The position numbers and the translations under genes are program-made. 13,620 bases of DNA from an uncultured Bacilli bacterium (GTDB lineage Bacteria; Bacillota_I; Bacilli_A; RF39; UBA660): NCBI GenBank assembly GCA_947632265.1, contig CANROP010000030.1:1-13620 (forward strand). The letters run 5' to 3'. Every line of letters begins with the position of its first letter. Position 1 is the stretch's first letter. This document shows positions 1 through 6,669 of the stretch, one piece after another. The notes under the pieces are model-generated. The model worked only from the letters and a program-made list of their open reading frames with translations, was not told the origin of the DNA and did not search any database.

Positions 1-174
1 TTAATACTTTGTCGAGATAAAGATAAATTTTCGGTTGAATATGCTTTAAAAGATATACATAAACCTATTGGAGTTAGCTCATATGAATTATCAGAATATT
101 TACCACCTGAAATTTTAAAAGAATTACCAACTGAAGAAGAATTAAATTTACATATTGATTTAGAAGATAAATAA
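1..174 (+). CDS. 3' end of a PDDEXK-nuclease family protein (DUF1016 / YhcG-like); partial, 5' end outside window
   Basis: Frame +1 is open from base 1 to TAA at 172-174 (57 codons): LILCRDKDKFSVEYALKDIHKPIGVSSYELSEYLPPEILKELPTEEELNLHIDLEDK. From memory this matches the conserved C-terminal tail of DUF1016/YhcG nucleases (ILC..K....EYAL.....PIGVSEY.L...LP..L...LP..EEL). It is not in the ORF track because it is truncated. Recognition is by recall, not by search. Confidence 0.6.
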   Translation, partial: LILCRDKDKFSVEYALKDIHKPIGVSSYELSEYLPPEILKELPTEEELNLHIDLEDK

Positions 175-198
175 TGTCATTTTACTCTAAAGAGATAA

Positions 199-357
199 CC
201 AGTGAAACTTTGGTTAGCAAAGTTAGGTAGTGAAAGAATTGCTAAAAGTAATCGTGATAATTTAGAAAAAGAACTAGGAAGGAGTGTACTATCTAGTAAT
301 AATGCATTAAATTATAAATATATAGAGGATTTAGAAAGAATAGAAAATAAATATTGA
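199..357 (+). pseudogene. Internally deleted remnant of a Bro-N/DinD-like gene (paralogue of 451..1305)
   Basis: Bases 199-241 are 42/43 identical to 763-805 of the intact gene (codons PVKLWLAKLGSERI). Bases 241-353 align codon-for-codon with 1192-1304 (last 37 codons, about 74% nt identity by hand count). The two blocks are fused in frame, removing the equivalent of codons ~119-247. There is an in-frame TAA at 196-198, no Bro-N N-terminal part and no credible start; the stop is TGA 355-357. Homology continues past the stop (353-373 vs 1308-1328, 19/21). Confidence 0.75.
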
Positions 358-401
358 ATTTTTAACAAAAAATAGTAAATATTATAAAACCAATATAACT
401 C

Positions 402-431
402 TTGTAAAAAAGAACAAATGGTTGATATAAT
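402..431 (+). promoter_or_regulatory. Sigma-A-type promoter candidate for the Bro-N/DinD-like gene
   Basis: -35 TTGTAA (402-407), 18-nt spacer ending in TGa (extended -10), -10 TATAAT (426-431). This is followed by RBS AAGGAGG (438-444) and ATG 451. AT-rich background makes chance hexamer matches common. Confidence 0.5.
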
Positions 432-450
432 TGCAATAAGGAGGTAATTT

Positions 451-1305
451 ATGAATCAAGATAAAATGCATTTAGTAAACAAAATATTTAATAATGAAAC
501 AATTAGAACCGTGTGGGATAAGGAGAAAGAAAAATACTTTATAAGTGTTGTTGATTTAGTAGGAGTTTTATCAGAAAGTAAAGATAAACAGGCGTACTGG
601 AGAAAATTGAAACAACGATTGAAAGAAGAAGGAAATGAAACCGTGACAAATTGTCACACTTTGAAACTTAAAGCACATGACGGAAAATATCGTATGACTG
701 ATGTTGTTGATATTGAAGGAATGTTTAGAATTATAGAATCAATACCAAGTAAAAATGCTGAACCAGTGAAACTTTGGTTAGCGAAGTTAGGTAGTGAAAG
801 AATTGATGAAACATTTGACCCATCACTAGCTGCACAAAGAGCGATAGACTTATATAGATTAAAAGGTTATGATGAGAAATGGATTTTAAAGAGAATTAAA
901 GGTATCCAAGATAGAAAGCAACTTACTGATGTATGGAAGGATGGGGGAATAACTGAAAATAAAGAATATGCTATTTTAACTAATGAAATTTATAAAGAAT
1001 GGTCTGGAATGAAAGCAAGCGAATATAAAGCATTTAAAGGACTTCATAAAGAAGCTTTAAGAGATAATATGACAGATATAGAAGTAGCGCTCGCAGATTT
1101 AGGAGAAATTGCTACTCGAGAACTTGCTAAAAAACATAAACCTTACGGTTTAGAACAAAATAAAAAAATCGCAAGAATGGGTGGTAATACGGCTAAAGTT
1201 GCAAAAGATGACCTTGAAAGAAAATTAGGTGAATCAGTAATAACAAGTAATAATGCATTAAATTATAAATATGTCGATGATTTAGAAAAAATAGAAAATA
1301 AATAA
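451..1305 (+). CDS. Bro-N domain protein with DinD-like (DNA-damage-inducible protein D-like) C-terminal region
   Basis: 284-aa ORF with a consensus RBS AAGGAGG 6 nt upstream. The N-terminal FNNETIRTVWDKEKEKYFISVVDLVGVL...AEPVKLWLAKLGSERI pattern is characteristic of Bro-N (phage antirepressor-type) domains. The helical C-terminal half resembles the E. coli DinD architecture from memory. Confidence 0.85.
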   Translation: MNQDKMHLVNKIFNNETIRTVWDKEKEKYFISVVDLVGVLSESKDKQAYWRKLKQRLKEEGNETVTNCHTLKLKAHDGKYRMTDVVDIEGMFRIIESIPSKNAEPVKLWLAKLGSERIDETFDPSLAAQRAIDLYRLKGYDEKWILKRIKGIQDRKQLTDVWKDGGITENKEYAILTNEIYKEWSGMKASEYKAFKGLHKEALRDNMTDIEVALADLGEIATRELAKKHKPYGLEQNKKIARMGGNTAKVAKDDLERKLGESVITSNNALNYKYVDDLEKIENK

Positions 1306-1387
1306 TTATTGAAATTTTAACAAAATATATGTAGATAAAGATAAGCCTATCATAAAACATAAAATTATTTGAAACCATGAAAAAATA

Positions 1388-1416
1388 TTCACAAAGTTAG
1401 ACTTTTATGGTATTAT
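1388..1416 (+). promoter_or_regulatory. Sigma-A-type promoter candidate for the AAA+/VWA operon
   Basis: -35 TTCACA (1388-1393, 5/6), 17-nt spacer, extended -10 TGgTATTAT (1408-1416). The RBS AAGGGGG (1431-1437) lies 6 nt before ATG 1444. Confidence 0.55.
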
Positions 1417-1443
1417 AGTACTAACTTTTTAAGGGGGCTTTTT

Positions 1444-3288
1444 ATGAGGGTAAAAAAAGTTGGAATATTTAATGAAAATCAATTGATAGGTAAGACTGCA
1501 CTAAAGACATTAAATGATTATGGACTAAAATGTTTTTCATCTGATTTATCAAGAATAATGGGTAATCAATATGATAATCAAGGATATGGTTCTTACTATA
1601 TAAACGGAACTAATGTAACTAATCCAAAAAAAGAAGGAATTAGGTATATTGGAACTGATGGGAAAGCATTAACCACATATTCAAGAGGAAATCAAATGGG
1701 CATAGGTATAAGGATTTGCATATCTTTTGACGATATTGAAAATTTTGATTTGGATAATATATACGATTTAAACATTGAATATCCTTTAAATGCTATTAGT
1801 GGAATGGTAGGAAGAACTATCGATAAATTATTTAATAAAAAGAACAGATTAATTATTAAAACTGGAAGAAGTCATGAAATAGATGGGAAACTATATGATG
1901 AATATGAGGCTTTCGGAATTAGGTTTATAAAAATGCAAAATAAAACAGACTCTAAAATTTTAAGTGATGGTACCTCTACAGAAAAAAATAAAGATGTTTA
2001 TTTGCAAGTCGATAAAATTCCATTTATAGTTGATGAAGATGCAAGATTAATATATTCAACATTAATTTTATTTTCAACTAATTTGGTTTTTAAAGGAAAA
2101 GATTATATTGCAGATATTGTTGAAAATCTAAATGGAAATTTTTTAAAGAGTATTAATGACGAATTAGAACATAAAAAGCCATGTATACTTTTTGATGAGA
2201 GAGAAGAAACAACAAAGAATAGATATGGCTTTGATTTTTCAGATTTAACTGAAGAAGAAATCATAGAAATATGTATAAATAGTAATATCGCTGTATTTTT
2301 ACATGGAAAGACAGGAACTGGTAAAACTGAAAGAATGCTTACACTAGATAGAGATTTAGAATTAATTGATTTTGGTTGTACAAGTTCTGACGGATTTACA
2401 GGAATTATTGCAAAAGACTTTAATTCAAAAGAGTTGTTTTTATATGAACCATATTGGTATAAGAATTTATGTAAGAAATGTAAAGATGCACCAAACAAAT
2501 TACATATTTTGTTTTTAGAAGAGTTAACTAATGCAAAAAATGATATACAAAAAGTTGCTTTCGAAGTTGCTTTAAATAAAACATTAACTAATAGTGGCTT
2601 TAGGCTAAAATTACCTGAAAATGCAGTTGTATGTGCAGCAGGGAACGAAGCTTCTGAATCAAGATCAGCAAATGCTATGAGTGAGCCATTATTCGGAAGA
2701 TTTGCTCATGTTTATATTGATACCGATTCAGAAGAATGGTTAAAGTGGGCATTAAAAAGAAAAAAAACAGGAAAAGAATTGTTATATAAAAAACAAGAGG
2801 AAATTAATTCTATACATCCTGCAATAGTTGATTTTATTAGAGTAAATGGAGATAAAGTATTAAGAACTAAGTATAATGGTATAACCCCTAATGCTGATCC
2901 AAGAAAGTGGGCAATAGCCTCTAAAGCATTATATAAAAGCAATAATCCAAATGTTCTTCGTGCTTTTGTTGGTGAAGAGTTAACAAAGAGTTTTATTGAA
3001 TTTTGTAAGATGAACTTAATTACTATAGATGATGTATTAAATGATAGATGTAAAGTAGAAAGCATCCCTTTTGATCCGTCATTAAGATGGTATACTACAA
3101 TATGTTTAAGTATGGTTGATGATGAAAATGTTGATAAAGTTAGACAATTTGTACGAGGATTGGGAAAAGAATTTTTAGCTGTGTTTGATTACGAGTGGTC
3201 AAAAGATAACGATGAAAGAATTATGAAATTATATAGTCAATCTGATAGAGCATTTGTAAAAGGGTTGAAACCAAATGGAAATAGATAA
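1444..3288 (+). CDS. AAA+ NTPase of the AAA_5 (MoxR/McrB-like) class with a large unassigned N-terminal domain
   Basis: 614-aa ORF with a strong RBS. It has Walker A GKTGTGKT (aa 288-295, nt 2305-2328), Walker B ILFLEE (aa 355-360, nt 2506-2523), sensor-1-like VVCAAGN (N401) and an Arg in LFGRF (R419). I recognise no motif in aa 1-~285. The C-terminal ~190 aa are presumably a lid plus extra helices. Confidence 0.85.
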   Translation: MRVKKVGIFNENQLIGKTALKTLNDYGLKCFSSDLSRIMGNQYDNQGYGSYYINGTNVTNPKKEGIRYIGTDGKALTTYSRGNQMGIGIRICISFDDIENFDLDNIYDLNIEYPLNAISGMVGRTIDKLFNKKNRLIIKTGRSHEIDGKLYDEYEAFGIRFIKMQNKTDSKILSDGTSTEKNKDVYLQVDKIPFIVDEDARLIYSTLILFSTNLVFKGKDYIADIVENLNGNFLKSINDELEHKKPCILFDEREETTKNRYGFDFSDLTEEEIIEICINSNIAVFLHGKTGTGKTERMLTLDRDLELIDFGCTSSDGFTGIIAKDFNSKELFLYEPYWYKNLCKKCKDAPNKLHILFLEELTNAKNDIQKVAFEVALNKTLTNSGFRLKLPENAVVCAAGNEASESRSANAMSEPLFGRFAHVYIDTDSEEWLKWALKRKKTGKELLYKKQEEINSIHPAIVDFIRVNGDKVLRTKYNGITPNADPRKWAIASKALYKSNNPNVLRAFVGEELTKSFIEFCKMNLITIDDVLNDRCKVESIPFDPSLRWYTTICLSMVDDENVDKVRQFVRGLGKEFLAVFDYEWSKDNDERIMKLYSQSDRAFVKGLKPNGNR

Positions 3289-4507
3289 TATAGTAAAGAA
3301 TCTTTTAATAAAATATCCATTGTTTGGAAATATAATTGCTAATTTAAAATTTATATTAACCAATTCTTTTGTTCCTGCACCTGCATTTACAGATGGAGTT
3401 AATGTTTATTATAAACAAGAATTTTTTGATGATTTTACAACTCATGAGCAAGAATTTGTAATTGCTCATGAATTATTCCATATCGTATTAAGTCATTTAA
3501 ATAGAAACATCGGTAGAGATCGAGATTTATTAAATTATGTAGAGGATGCAATAATTAATCAATTACTAGTAAGAGATGGATTAACAATGCCACAAGGACT
3601 TGTAGATGTTCCTGATGCTCTTGATTATTCAACCGATGAATTATATATGAGATTTTTACCAAACCTTAATGAAATAAAAAAATGGATGCAAGCAAACACA
3701 TATCATTTAGAAATTCAAGATTTAAATGATATACTAAATAAAATTTATGATTCAGATATTCAAGATTTAATGGATGAAAATTCTAAATTAAGAAATGAAA
3801 TGATAAACGATTATCAAGAAGAATTAAAGGAAAAAGCCCAATATGGTAAAGTAGCACTCGGATTGGAGTTTCCCAGTGTAGAAGTGGGCAAAGCATATCC
3901 ACTACTTTTTTGGAAGGATTTGTTAAAAGCAAGTTTAATTAATCCTAGTGAAACAATTACATCATTTTATGAAGTTGAAATGGATGGAGTAATAAGAAAA
4001 GAATTAAAGCAAGATCTTGGTTTTTCTGAAAGTGAAATAATAATTGATAGTAGCAGTTCAATGGATATGAAAAAAATAAAAGTAATTTTAAGAGAATGTA
4101 AAAACATTTTATATTGTAGCGATATAAGAGTAGGATTTTGTGATACAAAATTTTATGGTTGGAATGATATTAGAAATGATATTGATATAGATAAATTACA
4201 TATTATAGGTCGTGGTGGAACTGATTTTGAAGCAATGGCAAAAAGTTTTTCTAGTAATGTTGACAATAAAATAGTAATTACTGACGGCTGGTGTGATTTT
4301 CCGTTAGATAGACCAGATGTTTTGTGGATAGTTATAGACAATCAATTACCATATCATTTAGATCCAGATTCATCATATAGTAATGGTTGGTTAAAAAAAG
4401 TCGATCTTAGTAAGATTAACTTTATCTTTATAAATGAGAATGATATCCAAGCACCTGAATATAATAAAGACAAGTGCTTAGTATTTGAAAGGAAAATTCA
4501 AAATTAA
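3275..4507 (+). CDS. Putative zinc metallopeptidase fused to a VWA-like domain (DUF2201_N + DUF2201 architecture)
   Basis: 410-aa ORF whose ATG (3275) overlaps the upstream gene by 14 nt. It has HELFH (aa 65-69, nt 3467-3481) followed by H74. The VWA MIDAS signature is D258-S-S-S-S262 (nt 4046-4060), GGTDF and ITDGW. Order and spacing match my recollection of Pfam PF13203/PF09967 proteins. Confidence 0.85.
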   Translation: MEIDNIVKNLLIKYPLFGNIIANLKFILTNSFVPAPAFTDGVNVYYKQEFFDDFTTHEQEFVIAHELFHIVLSHLNRNIGRDRDLLNYVEDAIINQLLVRDGLTMPQGLVDVPDALDYSTDELYMRFLPNLNEIKKWMQANTYHLEIQDLNDILNKIYDSDIQDLMDENSKLRNEMINDYQEELKEKAQYGKVALGLEFPSVEVGKAYPLLFWKDLLKASLINPSETITSFYEVEMDGVIRKELKQDLGFSESEIIIDSSSSMDMKKIKVILRECKNILYCSDIRVGFCDTKFYGWNDIRNDIDIDKLHIIGRGGTDFEAMAKSFSSNVDNKIVITDGWCDFPLDRPDVLWIVIDNQLPYHLDPDSSYSNGWLKKVDLSKINFIFINENDIQAPEYNKDKCLVFERKIQN

Positions 4508-4648
4508 TGAATTTTTATAGAATACTATCTTTAAGACAAGATAGTAACATACTAATGTATCAGCACTCCAATACAACAATCATAACTTTATTAAAAACGG
4601 GATTTTATAATAATAATTAACAATAAATATAAAAACATCATAAAACAA

Positions 4649-4676
4649 TTGAAAAATGAAAAAATTATGTTATAAT
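4649..4676 (+). promoter_or_regulatory. Sigma-A-type promoter candidate
   Basis: -35 TTGAAA (4649-4654), 16-nt spacer ending TGt, -10 TATAAT (4671-4676). The RBS GGTGAT starts only 7 nt after the -10, implying a very short leader. Confidence 0.45.
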
Positions 4677-4693
4677 ATTATCTGGTGATTTAC

Positions 4694-5248
4694 ATGAGGA
4701 CTGCAAAGATAAGAAAGAATAAAAAGGAACAAAAACAACAAATAATGGAAGAAGAATACTCAGTAAAGAAAATGGCTATTATAATAGTTATAATCATTAT
4801 AGTATTTGCTTTATTTTACCTTATAACTACATTAGTAGTAAAACCAGCTAAAGAAGAAAAGATAGAAACACCAGTTGTATTTGATTCATCAAAAATACTT
4901 TTAAGTGGATTATTAAATAGAGATGAGGATGAGTATTACGTTTTAGCCGTAAAGAAAGTCTCTGATATTAGTAGTTATCAAGAAATAGATTATATGACTA
5001 TATATAACAAATTCATAACACAATATAAAAATACTAAAGATTCACTTAAATTCTATTATGTAGATTTAGATAATGGTTTAAATAGTAATTATATAAGTGA
5101 TAAAACTAATATATCTTCAAATTTAGAAGAATTAAAATTAAGTGAAGATGTATTATTTAAAATAAAAAAAGGTAAAATAGAAAGTTCATATATTGGACAT
5201 GAAAAAATAATAGAAGCATTAAAAGATTTAATCCCTGAAGAGAGTTAA
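4694..5248 (+). CDS. Hypothetical N-terminally membrane-anchored protein (Cys-free, thioredoxin-fold-like pattern)
   Basis: I prefer ATG 4694 over the track's GTG 4685, because GGTGAT (4684-4689) sits 4 nt upstream. This is the same geometry seen at several other genes here. A basic N-terminus is followed by one strongly hydrophobic helix (MAIIIVIIIIVFALFYLITTLVV) and then a soluble alpha/beta-looking domain of ~130 aa. No family recognised. Confidence 0.7.
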   Translation: MRTAKIRKNKKEQKQQIMEEEYSVKKMAIIIVIIIIVFALFYLITTLVVKPAKEEKIETPVVFDSSKILLSGLLNRDEDEYYVLAVKKVSDISSYQEIDYMTIYNKFITQYKNTKDSLKFYYVDLDNGLNSNYISDKTNISSNLEELKLSEDVLFKIKKGKIESSYIGHEKIIEALKDLIPEES

Positions 5249-5302
5249 ATCTTTTTTTTGTATACAAATCAAATTAAATACAATAATAATAATGGTGATA
5301 AA

Positions 5303-5821
5303 ATGAGTTTGTTTTTATTATGCATGAAAATTTTTTTCGCACGTTTAATAGATGTATCATTAGGTACATTTAGAACTATAAATACAGTAAAAGGCAGAGA
5401 TTTAATCGCCTCTTTAATAGGTATAGTAGAAATTACTGTATGGTTTTTAGTAGTAAAAGAAGCATTAAATACCGATAACAATAGTTTATGGATAGTATTT
5501 TCGTATGCGATGGGATTTTCAGTTGGTACCTATTTAGGAGGTAAAATATCTAAAATATTTATAAAATCTAATTTAGAAGTAGAAGTAATACTATCTAAAA
5601 AAGATAGTTCAATAATAGATAAAATTAGAAAAGAAGGATATGGAGTAACAGCTATAGAAGTAGAAGGAGTAAAAGAAAAAAAATACATGTTATATATACA
5701 AATAATGGGTAAATCTTTAGAAAAATTAAAAAAATTAATTAGAACTTTAGATGATAAAGCATTTATAGTAATAAATGAAACTAAATATGTAGAAAACGGT
5801 TATTTTGGCGTAGTAAAATAA
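5303..5821 (+). CDS. UPF0316 family membrane protein (DUF5698/DUF2179, YebE-like)
   Basis: I prefer ATG 5303 (GGTGAT 5294-5299, 3-nt spacer) over the track's 5258. The product MSLFLLCMKIFFARLIDVSLGTFRTINTVKGR... plus a C-terminal soluble GYGVTAIEVEGVKEKKYML domain resembles B. subtilis YebE/UPF0316 from memory. Confidence 0.8.
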   Translation: MSLFLLCMKIFFARLIDVSLGTFRTINTVKGRDLIASLIGIVEITVWFLVVKEALNTDNNSLWIVFSYAMGFSVGTYLGGKISKIFIKSNLEVEVILSKKDSSIIDKIRKEGYGVTAIEVEGVKEKKYMLYIQIMGKSLEKLKKLIRTLDDKAFIVINETKYVENGYFGVVK

Positions 5822-5841
5822 TATAATTAATTGGTGATACT

Positions 5842-6651
5842 ATGTTAATATTAAAAGGAATAGTAATAGGCATAGGTAAAATAATACCAGGAGTAAGTGG
5901 TTCTATGCTTGCTATTTCTATGGGAATATATCAACAAATGTTAGATTCAATTAATAACTTTTTTAAAAACACAAAAGAAAATTTCAAATTTTTATTCAAA
6001 ATTGGATTAGGAGTTATAATATCAATTATATTTTTTAGCAATATAATTCTTAAATGTTTAAATAAATACTATCTAATAACAATGTTCTTCTTTATAGGTT
6101 TAATACTTGGTAGTACAAGAGATATAAAACAAAACATAGATAAAAAAAATAACTTAATAGTAATATTATCTTTTTTATTTATAACTATCTTGGGATTATT
6201 TAATCTAGATAATCATGTAGACATAAATAATAACATATTATACTTCTTTTACTATTTAATAGCAGGTATAATAGATGCAATTACTATGGTAATACCTGGA
6301 ATAAGCGGAACAGCAACACTTATGATGTATGGAGCATACAACGATTTAATAACAGCATTTTCAAGAGTATTAAATATTTATTATTTAATACCTAACTTAA
6401 AAATATTAATTCCATTTATTATAGGTCTTTTAATAGGAATATTAGTAACAGTTAAAATTGTAGATTACCTATTTAAATATCACAAAAGTAAAACCTATAG
6501 TGCAATACTAGGCTTCAGCACTTCAACCATACTACTTATGGGAATAAAATGCATTAACACTAACTACACCTTATATAATTTAATAATAGGAATAATATTT
6601 TTACTATTAGGAATAATATCAGTAAAAAAACTCAATCATTACTTTGATTAA
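5842..6651 (+). CDS. DUF368 family membrane protein (PopT-type polyprenyl-phosphate transporter family)
   Basis: 269-aa polytopic membrane ORF with GGTGAT 5833-5838 three nt before the ATG. The signature IPGVSGSMLA in the N-terminal half is repeated as IPGISGTATLM in the C-terminal half, the internal duplication typical of DUF368. It lies 20 nt downstream of the UPF0316 gene, so it is likely co-transcribed. Confidence 0.85.
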   Translation: MLILKGIVIGIGKIIPGVSGSMLAISMGIYQQMLDSINNFFKNTKENFKFLFKIGLGVIISIIFFSNIILKCLNKYYLITMFFFIGLILGSTRDIKQNIDKKNNLIVILSFLFITILGLFNLDNHVDINNNILYFFYYLIAGIIDAITMVIPGISGTATLMMYGAYNDLITAFSRVLNIYYLIPNLKILIPFIIGLLIGILVTVKIVDYLFKYHKSKTYSAILGFSTSTILLMGIKCINTNYTLYNLIIGIIFLLLGIISVKKLNHYFD

Positions 6652-6669
6652 TTATCAATGATTGAGTTT
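6628..6669 (-). terminator. 13-bp perfect inverted repeat between convergent genes; likely intrinsic terminator for the minus-strand small ORF
   Basis: AAACTCAATCATT (6628-6640) and AATGATTGAGTTT (6657-6669) are exact reverse complements with a 16-nt loop. On the minus strand the hairpin is followed by a T7 run (complement of A-run 6624-6630). On the plus strand there is no T tract. Confidence 0.5.

Noticed and set aside
174-230. Short ORF starting at ATG 174 (MSFYSKEITSETLVSKVR) reading across the Bro-N remnant in another frame
   Set aside because: It is only 18 codons and has no RBS. The ATG overlaps the stop of the upstream gene by chance, and it reads out of frame through decayed sequence.
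451-1305. Interpreting the Bro-N gene as evidence that the region is a prophage
   Set aside because: Bro-N domains are phage-associated, but the window contains no structural, lysis, integrase or repressor genes. Only an accessory-islet interpretation is justified.
1193-1378. 61-aa minus-strand ORF overlapping the end of the Bro-N/DinD-like gene
   Set aside because: It is antisense to a well-supported gene. The product is low-complexity I/F/L/Y-rich, as expected from an AT-rich reverse frame. It has no RBS.
2103-3065. Minus-strand ORFs 2103-2498 (131 aa) and 2712-3065 (117 aa) inside the AAA+ gene
   Set aside because: They are shadow ORFs antisense to a gene with clear Walker motifs. Their composition is Ser/Leu/Phe-rich, with no RBS and no recognisable motifs.
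3957-4341. Minus-strand ORFs 3957-4148 and 4153-4341 inside the VWA gene
   Set aside because: They are antisense shadows of the MIDAS-containing coding region. They are short, low-complexity and lack an RBS.
4523-4546. Hairpin TACTATCTT-TAAGAC-AAGATAGTA after the VWA gene as a terminator
   Set aside because: It is a perfect 9-bp stem, but it is AU-rich and not followed by a T tract. That is insufficient for a confident intrinsic terminator call.
5221-5255. AAAAGATTTAA / TTAAATCTTTT inverted repeat spanning the stop of the 4694-5248 gene
   Set aside because: The 11-bp stem has a single G-C pair and a 13-nt loop, and would be very unstable. It may contribute to termination with the following T-run, but I do not call it.
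5269-5481. 70-aa minus-strand ORF overlapping the UPF0316 gene start
   Set aside because: It is antisense to a recognisable conserved membrane protein, with no RBS or family resemblance.
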